A stretch of DNA of 37,629 bases from Thermoplasmata archaeon (GTDB taxonomy: Archaea; Thermoplasmatota; Thermoplasmata; Thermoplasmatales; ARK-15). A program made the translations under genes and the position numbers. The DNA lies in NCBI GenBank assembly GCA_039794005.1, contig JBAMMA010000012.1, positions 61,002 through 98,630 of the forward strand, given 5' to 3'. The notes beneath the pieces are model-generated. The model made no database searches, had not been told where the DNA came from, and saw only the letters and a program-made list of their open reading frames with translations. Numbering within the stretch: the first letter of the stretch is position 1; each line of letters starts with the position of its first letter. This document shows, one piece after another, positions 29,525-37,629 of the stretch.

Positions 29525-29608
29525 ATGCCAAAGAAGGAGAAGAAGGAAGAAAAGAAAGAGGAGAAGGAGGAGAAAAAGGAGGAAAATAAATCCAAAAAGA
29601 AAAAATGA
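29525..29608 (+). CDS. 27-aa Lys/Glu-rich micro-protein (not in ORF track)
   Basis: MPKKEKKEEKKEEKEEKKEENKSKKKK*; GGGTGAT RBS at 29514-29520; T-rich tract downstream. Confidence 0.55.
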   Translation: MPKKEKKEEKKEEKEEKKEENKSKKKK

Positions 29609-29631
29609 TAAAAATAAATTTTTTATTATTT

Positions 29632-30414
29632 TTATTTCCATATATTATAAAATGGATTTAATGGTCCATGACCATGGCCAATGTTCAAATTATTTTCCAA
29701 TGCCTTTTGCAAAAAGGATCTCGCATTTTTTATTGCCTCAATGGGTTCATAATCCTTTGATAAGAATGATGCGATGGCCGATGAATATGTGCATCCTGTT
29801 CCATGAGTATTTTTGGTATTAATTCTCTTATATTCCAGGAAAATAAAATCTTTGCTGTAAATCACATCTGTTATATTTTCAGATTCCATGTGTCCCCCTT
29901 TTATTATGACTATTTCTGGACCATAGGCTTTTATTATTTCAGCCGCCTTTTTCATATCGTCTAAATCTTTTATTTTAACATTCGATATTTTTTCAGCCTC
30001 AGGTATGTTTGGTGTCACGATGAATGCGATCGGAATCAGATCATTGATCATGGAATCAACAGCATCATCCTTCAAAAGTTTTGCACCCGATTTTGCATAC
30101 ATCACAGGATCCACTACTACCTTTAAATTATATTCATCAATCTTTTTTGATACCATTTTTATTATATCCTTATTGCTCAGCATTCCAGTTTTTCCATACT
30201 TGATAGGAAAATCCTCATATATTGCATCAATCTGTTTTCCAACAACTTCCGGAGGGATATCGAATATCTCTTTGACCGAAAATGTATTTTGGGCAGTTAT
30301 GGATGTTATAACAGTCAAACAATAAATTCCAAGCGATGAGCATGTTTTTAAATCTTCCTGTATTCCAGCTCCAGCACTCGAGTCAGAACCGGCTATTGTA
30401 AATGCGAAATTCAT
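29632..30414 (-). CDS. thiD: Hydroxymethylpyrimidine/phosphomethylpyrimidine kinase
   Basis: TIAGSDSSAGAGIQ.D, TAQN, KTGML, VDPV, TPNIPEA, IKGGH and HGTGC; ATGA overlap with thiE. Confidence 0.93.
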   Translation of the reverse strand: MNFAFTIAGSDSSAGAGIQEDLKTCSSLGIYCLTVITSITAQNTFSVKEIFDIPPEVVGKQIDAIYEDFPIKYGKTGMLSNKDIIKMVSKKIDEYNLKVVVDPVMYAKSGAKLLKDDAVDSMINDLIPIAFIVTPNIPEAEKISNVKIKDLDDMKKAAEIIKAYGPEIVIIKGGHMESENITDVIYSKDFIFLEYKRINTKNTHGTGCTYSSAIASFLSKDYEPIEAIKNARSFLQKALENNLNIGHGHGPLNPFYNIWK

Positions 30415-31019
30415 GATTCCCATTCCTCAACAAACCTTCTTGCCATTTCCCTTGGATTTTCTGACCCAAATATTGCAGATATCACGGCTATTCCATGGAC
30501 ACCAATATTTTTCAATATTTTGACGTGTTCTAATTTAATGCCCCCTATAGCAATTACAGGAATATTCGAAATCTCTATAACTTTCTTTAAATTTTCAATA
30601 CCCAGGAATTCACTGTCATTTTTTGTACCTGTTGTAAAAATTGCCCCCGCCCCAAGGTAATCCGCACCATCGATTATTGCTTTTTTTGCCTCATCTATTG
30701 ATGATATAGAAACTCCCAGAATTTTATTACCTATCAATTTCCTTGCAATCTCCGCAGGTAGATCCTTTTGACCAACGTGTACGCCTGAAGATTCTGAGGC
30801 TAATGCTATATCAACCCTATCATTTACAATGAATGTAGCATTATATTCATCACACAATTTTTTTATTTTAACCGCATCTTCATACATCCTTCTGCTTGTT
30901 GCATTTTTCTCCCTATATTGAATGATCCTTATACCGGCATCGAGTAATATCCTTGCACTCTCAATTTGAGAAATTCCAAATTCTGAGGATGTAATCCCGT
31001 ATATACCCCTTGGTATCAT
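30411..31019 (-). CDS. thiE: Thiamine-phosphate synthase (ThiE type)
   Basis: IQYREK, VNDRVD, GVHVGQKD, DYLGAG, T.TK, AIGGI and AVISAI. Confidence 0.93.
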   Translation of the reverse strand: MIPRGIYGITSSEFGISQIESARILLDAGIRIIQYREKNATSRRMYEDAVKIKKLCDEYNATFIVNDRVDIALASESSGVHVGQKDLPAEIARKLIGNKILGVSISSIDEAKKAIIDGADYLGAGAIFTTGTKNDSEFLGIENLKKVIEISNIPVIAIGGIKLEHVKILKNIGVHGIAVISAIFGSENPREMARRFVEEWES

Positions 31020-31798
31020 AAGTAATCTACCCTTGCAAGGTTATAATCATTTACATTTATTGAATTTATTGCATCCATTAAATTGACTTTAAAAGAACCT
31101 GGACCAGATGAAAATTTCTCAGCCAGTTCTCCAGCAATTTCAAATGTTAATAAGCCTTCAATGGAGGATTCAAAATAATCTCTGTTTACTGCCATGAAAG
31201 ATGATATAACAGATCCAAGCATGCATCCTGACCCCGTAATTTTTTCAAACATTTCTGTTCCATTTTTTACTATTGCCTTCCTTTTTCCGTCAGAAACATA
31301 ATCAAATTTTCCAGTTGATATTACAGTCTTGTTATATTTTAATGCCAATTCTTCAACTACATTTATGTTTCCTTCTGAAATAGAATCAACACCTTTTACC
31401 TTTCCCTTTTCTCCATACAAAGATAAGATTTCCCCAGCATTTCCTTTCAATATTTTTATTGAACTGCTTTCTAACAATTTCAATGAAATCTGTGTTCTCA
31501 ATTTGCTTGCTCCCGACCCCACAGGATCCAATAATACAGGTTTATCATATTTTTCCGAATATTTCAGAGACAAATACATCGAATCTATCCAGAATGAATC
31601 CAATGTACCAATGTTTATATACAAAACGTCAGCAATATTTATTAAATCTTCAAGCTCTTCTTTTGCATGTGCCATTATGGGAGATGCACCGAGTGCTAAC
31701 GTAATGTTCGCGCTGTCATTCATTACAACAAAGTTTGTTATATGATGTATCAGAGGCCTTTTTTTTCTAATTTTTTCCAAATCTTCATATACATTCAT
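31016..31798 (-). CDS. thiM: Hydroxyethylthiazole kinase
   Basis: PLIHHITNFV, LALGASPIMA, NIGTL, LDPVG, KGNAGE and TGSGC; ATG 31798 overlaps the upstream stop. Confidence 0.93.
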   Translation of the reverse strand: MNVYEDLEKIRKKRPLIHHITNFVVMNDSANITLALGASPIMAHAKEELEDLINIADVLYINIGTLDSFWIDSMYLSLKYSEKYDKPVLLDPVGSGASKLRTQISLKLLESSSIKILKGNAGEILSLYGEKGKVKGVDSISEGNINVVEELALKYNKTVISTGKFDYVSDGKRKAIVKNGTEMFEKITGSGCMLGSVISSFMAVNRDYFESSIEGLLTFEIAGELAEKFSSGPGSFKVNLMDAINSINVNDYNLARVDYL

Positions 31799-32631
31799 AG
31801 ACACACCTCCAATATTTTTTTTACAACTTCTTCAGGTTCTTTTCCAAACACATAAATTTCCGGTTCTATCCATAATCCCCCCTTAGAAATTATGAAATCG
31901 TAAGGTTCCCTCAATTCTTTCAATTCAAATTCAATGTTCTTTACTATTTTATATTTAAATTTTTTATTCGATTCAATCTTTTTTAAAAACTTTTCATTGT
32001 ATTTGATGTTCATTAAACTTTTGAATCCGAATTTTTTAAAATTTAGCAGAATATCCGATAGATACTTGCTCGCACCAAATTCAGGTTCTTTGTAATATAT
32101 CAATTTATTCTTGAAACAGGATATTCTTCCTGGGAATGCCATAACATCAAGGTAAGTTTCTGCATTATCCTTGGCAAATAATAAATTGGACCTTACTTCA
32201 GGCAGAATGTCCCTGCATTTTAGTTCATTGAGCATATTTATTGATTCCAATAGGGAATTTTTCATTTCATTTTCATAGTAATAAAAATTTTTATTGTACA
32301 TATAGGAACACATCGTACAGTTTTCAATTCTATGTATGCTGCAAAAATTCAATGAACTCCTGTAATTTATACAGAAAGAACATAATGTTTCATTTATTTT
32401 TATTTCATCATATTCGTTTAAAATCATTTCTGCAATTTTCTTTGAAATATTTTTTATTATATCATTCCCCTCAATTTCATCCTTATAATATTTACTGACC
32501 ATCCCCTGTGAAATTCTTAAAACTTTTGCAATTTCATTTTCTTTCATTCCCCTGTCCTTTAACTCCTTTACAATATTTTTCCTAATTTCTGGAATTATTT
32601 TTTTGTTTATCTCTACACAAGGAGGATACAT
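31795..32631 (-). CDS. thiR: ThiR-like regulator (XRE-type HTH fused to a ThiN-like domain)
   Basis: PPCVE..IIPEIR, EIAKVLRISQGMVSKY HTH, Cys-rich linker; ThiN motifs LPEVRSN, FPGRI, PEFGAS and GG...EP; heads the thi operon. Confidence 0.8.
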   Translation of the reverse strand: MYPPCVEINKKIIPEIRKNIVKELKDRGMKENEIAKVLRISQGMVSKYYKDEIEGNDIIKNISKKIAEMILNEYDEIKINETLCSFCINYRSSLNFCSIHRIENCTMCSYMYNKNFYYYENEMKNSLLESINMLNELKCRDILPEVRSNLLFAKDNAETYLDVMAFPGRISCFKNKLIYYKEPEFGASKYLSDILLNFKKFGFKSLMNIKYNEKFLKKIESNKKFKYKIVKNIEFELKELREPYDFIISKGGLWIEPEIYVFGKEPEEVVKKILEVCL

Positions 32632-32632
32632 T

Positions 32633-32649
32633 TTATTAATCAGTAATAA
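32633..32649. promoter_or_regulatory. Palindromic candidate operator for ThiR
   Basis: TTATTA-ATCAG-TAATAA between a minus-strand TATA-like TTTATTTAA (about 32654-32662) and the thiR ATG. Confidence 0.45.
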
Positions 32650-32718
32650 TAAGTTAAATAAAAATCTTTGTTAATAAAAAATAAAATTATAATAATTTTA
32701 AATATTAATGATTAATAT

Positions 32719-33537
32719 TCATTTTTTCTCCTGCTCTTTATGTTGTGTCAATTCATTTATTCCAAAAACACCTACCTGTCCAAACGGACTGGTTGGACCA
32801 GCTGCAGGAAGATTTGAAGGTATCAGCATGAGTGTTCCCTTGCTCTGCAATCCTAGTTCATACAATATATTCATCCATCTCAGCATTAAACCATAGTGGC
32901 TGTTTTCATATAAATTCGCCGCCTCTATCATTTTTGACGCTGCCTCATACTCTGCAATAGCTAATGTAACTCTTGCCCTCCTTTCTCTTTCTGCCGCGGC
33001 TTGTCTTGACATTGCCTCTTGTAATGCTGATGGTATTACCACATCTCTTATTTCCACACTCGTAACTTTGATTCCCCATGACTCCGTCTTCTGGTCAATG
33101 ATGTTTCTTGCAATGGTTCCGATCTTTTCCCTTTCGGTCAACAATTCATCTAGCGTTATTCCTCCAATGACTTCTCTAAGAGTTGTCTGCGCTGCCATCT
33201 GTGTTGCAACTATATAATCTTCTACATTTAATACGACCTTTTTCAGATCTACGGGCTGAAAATACATCACAGCATCAACATTAACGGGGACATTGTCTTT
33301 TGTTAATGTTTGTTCAGTTTTAAATGCTTGTGTTTGTAGCCTCGTCGAAATTATAAAAGGTGTTTTACCTATGATAGGTATAACGTAGGCCAATCCGGGC
33401 CCCTTAAATCCCCTAAACCTACCTAAAACAAGATATGGTGCCCTTTCCCACTCTTTATATATTCTTATCCCTGAAAGGAAGAATATTAAAAGTATAAATA
33501 CAACTATACCTATCAATATTATCAATCCATAATCCAT
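32719..33537 (-). CDS. SPFH/stomatin (band 7) family protein
   Basis: N-terminal TM helix, KEWER, GPGL, TKDNVPVNVDAV, AQTTLR, WGIKVTSVEIRDV and QAAAERERRA. Confidence 0.92.
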   Translation of the reverse strand: MDYGLIILIGIVVFILLIFFLSGIRIYKEWERAPYLVLGRFRGFKGPGLAYVIPIIGKTPFIISTRLQTQAFKTEQTLTKDNVPVNVDAVMYFQPVDLKKVVLNVEDYIVATQMAAQTTLREVIGGITLDELLTEREKIGTIARNIIDQKTESWGIKVTSVEIRDVVIPSALQEAMSRQAAAERERRARVTLAIAEYEAASKMIEAANLYENSHYGLMLRWMNILYELGLQSKGTLMLIPSNLPAAGPTSPFGQVGVFGINELTQHKEQEKK

Positions 33538-33573
33538 TTAATTCACCTGTATATAACATTTATTACAATTATA

Positions 33574-34821
33574 TTAAATTTTTTTAACGATCAATGTTAA
33601 ATTTTCCCTGCCTACCACCTCTACCTTTGAATTTTTTTCAATTTTTTCATTATTCTGAGAACGGGCCTTCCATATAATCCCATTTAAATTTATTTCCCCT
33701 TCTGGATTTAAATCGTTTATGGCATAGCCTTGAGAACCAATCAATGCTTCTGGACCTGTCTGCGGTTCGGTTTTTATAGTTTTTCTCAACCAATTCAGAT
33801 ATATAGCAACAATTATTGATATTCCAATTAAAATCCCCCAGACAATATAACTTCCCATATTGAATATTGCAGGGGATGTCGCTATTCCCTGCGCTAAGAA
33901 ATATATTCCAAAAATCGCTAATATTGCACCTGAAATGATAAATATTCCATGACCCGCCTTTACTTCTGCAATTATCAATCCTCCAGCAATCAATATTAAA
34001 ATTATTCCGAATACATTTCCATTTATTAATCCGGCTCCCCAGAGACCGAGCATAATTGTTATTATACCAACAATTGTCAATAGAGATGTAAAGTGATATA
34101 AATCCAGAAGAATTGCCAACATTCCCAATGTTATTAATAAACCATCTACGGTTGGATCACTGATTACGCTTAAAAATTGGTCATAGGCTGAAGGGTAAAA
34201 ATTTATAATTGAATAATTTTCAATGTTAAAGTATTTTAGTACACCATATAAAGAATCTGAAAGACCGTTAATAATTCCTATCGAATAGGCTTGTTGAGAA
34301 GTATATGCGGTGTTGTTCAATACCATAGATTCCACGGCAGTCACATTTCTATGAAATTTTTTGGCCAGTGATACCATTAATGACAACATTCCATTTTCTA
34401 CATGTTGCTGCTCTAATTGTGATCCTCCCTCAACGATTGGCGTCGAAGGGCCTATAAAAGTTCCATTTGCCATGAAAATGTAATCTGAAGCCATTGCAAT
34501 ATAAGATCCTGCTGATGCTGCCATGCCACCGTATGGTACATATGTTATAACAGTAATATTATCCTGTTCAGCCATTGCCGTATAATTTACAATTGAGAGC
34601 ATTGAATTTAAGTAGCCTCCTGGGGTGTTCATATTTATGATGACATATTTTATCGAATTTTCTTTAGCATATTCATAAGCATCATGAAAAAAATTGACTG
34701 CACCTGGATCCACTGTTGAATTGAAATTTATTATCAATATACTATTATCTTTTGAATGTGCAACTGGTAAAATTAAAAGTGAAAGCAAAATTAAAACAAT
34801 TCCAGTATATAATAATTTCAT
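33574..34821 (-). CDS. nfeD: NfeD family membrane serine protease (stomatin operon partner)
   Basis: NTPGG, AASAG, PSTP ClpP-like domain, TM bundle and C-terminal OB fold (LNPEG...GIIWKA). Confidence 0.9.
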   Translation of the reverse strand: MKLLYTGIVLILLSLLILPVAHSKDNSILIINFNSTVDPGAVNFFHDAYEYAKENSIKYVIINMNTPGGYLNSMLSIVNYTAMAEQDNITVITYVPYGGMAASAGSYIAMASDYIFMANGTFIGPSTPIVEGGSQLEQQHVENGMLSLMVSLAKKFHRNVTAVESMVLNNTAYTSQQAYSIGIINGLSDSLYGVLKYFNIENYSIINFYPSAYDQFLSVISDPTVDGLLITLGMLAILLDLYHFTSLLTIVGIITIMLGLWGAGLINGNVFGIILILIAGGLIIAEVKAGHGIFIISGAILAIFGIYFLAQGIATSPAIFNMGSYIVWGILIGISIIVAIYLNWLRKTIKTEPQTGPEALIGSQGYAINDLNPEGEINLNGIIWKARSQNNEKIEKNSKVEVVGRENLTLIVKKI

Positions 34822-34868
34822 AATTAAGGATTATTATGAAAAATATTAATTTTTTTCTAAAATCTACA

Positions 34869-34941
34869 CAGCCCCGGGCAGATTCGAACTGCCGTCTACG
34901 GGTCCAGAGCCCGTCATGCTTGGCCACTACACCACGGGGCT
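34869..34941 (-). tRNA. tRNA-Gln (anticodon CUG), intronless, CCA not encoded
   Basis: AGCCCCGTGGTGTAGTGGCCAAGCATGACGGGCTCTGGACCCGTAGACGGCAGTTCGAATCTGCCCGGGGCTG forms a cloverleaf with the archaeal A1-U72 pair. Confidence 0.96.
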
Positions 34942-34964
34942 GATCGGATAATAGATTTTGCTAA

Positions 34965-34976
34965 TTATAAAGTTTG
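34965..34976 (-). promoter_or_regulatory. BRE/TATA promoter of tRNA-Gln
   Basis: CAAAC-TTTATAA on the minus strand; TATA starts 30 nt upstream of tRNA nt 1. Confidence 0.6.
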
Positions 34977-35148
34977 CCATTTTGACTTTAATTTTATAAA
35001 ATTAATGAAACCAGAAAATGATGTTTTAAATTATCATCGAATTATTTCAATATACTTGTAAAACAAAATTTTTGATATTGAAAATGCTATTAAATAGCTG
35101 ATGTTTATGGAAAATTTTTTGTTAATTGGAATGTAAAGGAACTAAAAT

Positions 35149-36330
35149 ATGAGTCATAAAGGTTTTTATACCAATATTTCACGAATCATAGGAAAATTGA
35201 AAATTAAAAGAAAAAATTTTTCACAGAATTTATTAGATCAATAACAGAAAGGCATATTGCAGGATTGAGATTTTATGAAAAATATGGAAAAAGAAATCAT
35301 CATAATTAGCGTAAATGTATGCATTTGAAGAAATGATTCACTTTGTTTTCACACTCTTATGCATGCATTCCATGGGATCAATTATTGTTGAACTGATAAT
35401 TAACTTGGCATGAATCTCAGAAGGAAAAGTACATGAAAGGAATAACTTCAGGTAAAATGTATGCTGAAGAGACCATTACTGAAAATACAGGAAGATCTGA
35501 TTTTTTTAATATTATGAGAACAGAAGAAGTAAAAAAATGGAAATATTGAATGGAATTAAAAGGTTTCTTGTGGAAGGAAATAGGGCGGATTTCTTTGTTG
35601 TCAATCCTATTACAGATTAAGAAGAGAAGATCATTACCAAAGTAAATACTGCATTTATGGTTGATAAAGATTGTCCGAATTTAAAAGTAGAAACACTCTA
35701 TTTTTTAATAACTACAAAATGCGGAGAAAAAACCAAGATAGTTTACAGGGATGTCGAACAGACTGATGAAAATGTTATATTTAGGAAAAATCTAGATTAT
35801 ATTTTATTCAATATAATGATGACCCATAAAAGACTTACTACTGCAGCAGGCGCATATGTGTTTTTAAGGCTGCAATAGAAGTTTAAACCGATTATGTTAT
35901 GAATAGGGAAGATCTCGGAAAAAACTTATAGAACTTGAGGGAATAAATTTCAAGATTGCAGAATCTGTAACTGTAATAGAACATGCCATTGCGCTTGTTT
36001 ATACAGAAAGCAGGGCAGCAGACCTTTTAAAAAAAAGAAGGTTTCTTTATCGTATGTTAGAAAGTATGTATCTATGGCAAAAATGAACTCAACGGAGGTA
36101 ATGTGGAAGGCAGTTAATGATGCCTTTTAAAAAATAAGGGTATAGGATATACCACAATTTACCCCATGGAACGTTTATTGAGAGATACAAGGCTTGAAGT
36201 GATATGGATGTGAACAAATGAAGTGATGAAAATGATCATTCAGCATGAATTCATAAAAAATAAAAAACCCGAAATATTTTTAATAGAAAAGGATGCTAAG
36301 CTCGACGTTCTTGATTTCAATCTTGTTTAG
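35149..36330 (+). pseudogene. Heavily decayed acyl-CoA dehydrogenase
   Basis: Ordered fragments across frames: GLRFYEKYG, SQKEKYMKGITSGKMYAEETITENTGRSD, LNGIKRFLVEGNRADFFVV, RLTTAAGA, EGINFKIAE and [34 protein letters not shown]; many stops and frameshifts; boundaries approximate. Confidence 0.82.
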
Positions 36331-36359
36331 GAAAAGGTGATTAAATAATTTTATTTATA

Positions 36360-37144
36360 CGTATTGAGCTATTTCGAGCTAAAGCATCGAATTATTCTTA
36401 GTCATAGAACAAACTTAATCCATATGGGATATATTTTATTCAGAACTAATTAGTTATCTTCTCATTCATATACTCAAGCTGACATGCCTACTTTTATCAA
36501 ATTATATTTTTTATTTTCTAAGGTAGGTTGTCGGAAAAGCATAAGAACTTCTTAAGTGATTGAATATACACTTTATAACCCTGAATAATCGTTTTTAAGT
36601 TATATAAACATTCAGAAGGCAAAGATATAGAGATAATTAAAAAAATAAAGAACAGGCAATGCAGAGTAATATGGATTTGAACCATAAGGTATCAAGAAAT
36701 ATTGTAAAATTAGCTAAAGAGAAGAATTCTGGAATAAAGCTTGAAAAACTTGACGGTATAAGGAATATCAGGAACACACTATGTTTTTCAATTATTATCT
36801 GAACTCATTCTCATTCTATCAGCTATAGAAGTTCGCTGAGTACAAGGCAATATTAGAAAGAGTTCCTATAATTTATGGTGAACCCAGAAACACATAGAAA
36901 GAGTGTTTAGATGTAAAAACATAGGGATTATGAAGGAAAAATCATTCGATTGGACAACATGTGGGCACATTGACAATGCCGAAGCTTAATTAAACATAGT
37001 GTTACTTCCTATTTGGTGAGAGAAGCAGGTCAATCAAACAAAGATAGGGATGCATGCAAAGAAGCGCTGATGCCATTAAGATAGCCATACAAGAAAAAGC
37101 AAAACTTCATAATTTCCAAAGATTAAGCAATGAGAATATGTTAG
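36360..37144 (+). mobile_element. Degenerate, internally deleted IS200/IS605-family element (tnpB only)
   Basis: Subterminal-type hairpin TTCGA-GCTAAAGC-A-TCGAA at 36373-36391, tnpB fragments, and a decayed right end finishing GAGAATATGTTAG; boundaries approximate. Confidence 0.6.
36600..37010 (+). pseudogene. tnpB: TnpB (RNA-guided RuvC nuclease) C-terminal remnant
   Basis: DLNHKVSRNIVKLAKEKNSGIKLEKLDGIR; SFSFYQL*KFAEYKAILERVPIIYGEPRNT*KEC; RCKNIG...TCGHIDNAEA*LNI (RuvC-II, zinc finger, RuvC-III). Confidence 0.85.
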
Positions 37145-37565
37145 TTCTTCAAACCTTTAACATTCCGTTAAATGTGAAGAGAGATTTGATTATTTTTATA
37201 ATCAAATACATTAAAATAATATTTTTCTATCCTTTAATTTTTCAAAAATAAAAAATTTATCTGTTTTTCATCAAATAAATATATATTTCTTTTTAATTTA
37301 TTTTTTACTTAATAATGCAAAGCATTATCATTAAAATCATTATTTTTAATAGTGGAATCAATTAATATTGAAAAATATTTTAAATGACCAATGTTTTTTG
37401 AATATATACCAATTTTAGTTGCTTTAAACAATTTTATGGAATCCTTTAAATTTTTAATCTCCTAATTCATAAAATATTTGAAATAAAAGATAATATATAA
37501 ATCTTAAATTTTTCGTATTATTTTTTAAAAATATTTAAATATTGGAAAATTCATAAAATATATTT

Positions 37566-37629
37566 ATGATAAATGGATCATCTTCAAAGAAATCCGTATT
37601 GTTTGAGGTTCTGGTAGTTCTTGTGGTTT
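37566..37629 (+). CDS. Possible start of a secreted or membrane protein, cut off by the window end
   Basis: MINGSSSKKSVLFEVLVVLVV... looks like a signal peptide; only 21 codons are visible. Confidence 0.25.
   Translation, partial: MINGSSSKKSVLFEVLVVLVV

Noticed and set aside
239-32896. Many short antisense or alternative-frame ORFs in the track (e.g. 2306..2662, 10377..10823, 14977..15393, 31329..31745)
   Set aside because: They are shadows of well-supported genes, Phe/Ile/Ser-rich, without RBSs or motifs.
34745-34927. 60-aa ORF
   Set aside because: It runs through tRNA-Gln and out of frame into nfeD.
35657-35878. 73-aa ORF as an independent gene
   Set aside because: It is an internal fragment of the acyl-CoA dehydrogenase pseudogene.
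36470-36500. CTGACATGCCTAC as the end of a second, inverted IS605 copy
   Set aside because: Only a 7-nt resemblance (ATGTCAG on the minus strand), with no hairpin or coding remnant.
37054-37251. 65-aa ORF
   Set aside because: It spans the decayed IS right end and AT-rich flank; no motif or clear RBS.
34869-37629. tRNA-targeted integrative element or provirus
   Set aside because: No integrase and no duplicated tRNA fragment in the window; the tRNA 3' side abuts the housekeeping nfeD.

Overview
AT-rich archaeal chromosomal segment, most consistent with a Thermoplasmata lineage (inference from Alba, archaeal-type GlyA, MptE, a class III pilin, tRNA-Gln with A1-U72, BRE/TATA promoters, GGTGA/GGAGG RBSs and a Thermoplasmatales-style S53 surface protease). 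It is mostly housekeeping: glyA, alba, porGDAB, rpiA, purA, DRG GTPase, ABC-2 exporter, sufS/U, thiR-thiM-thiE-thiD, nfeD/stomatin and tRNA-Gln(CUG). Main signals: (1) a Cys-type cytoplasmic formate dehydrogenase translationally coupled to a sulfhydrogenase beta/gamma (AsrA/AsrB, FlxB/FlxA-like) pair with no hydrogenase or AsrC, followed by GlcD/GlcF; its Fe-S N-terminus can only be translated from a non-canonical ATC start. (2) A GC-rich 62-nt two-hairpin element behind its own TATA box (candidate unknown ncRNA). (3) An S53 protease split by one in-frame TGA at a Trp position. (4) Two small ORFs missed by the ORF track (53 aa and 27 aa). (5) A palindromic candidate ThiR operator. (6) A decayed region next to the tRNA holding an acyl-CoA dehydrogenase pseudogene and an IS200/IS605 tnpB relic. 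All calls come from motif reading; no searches were run.
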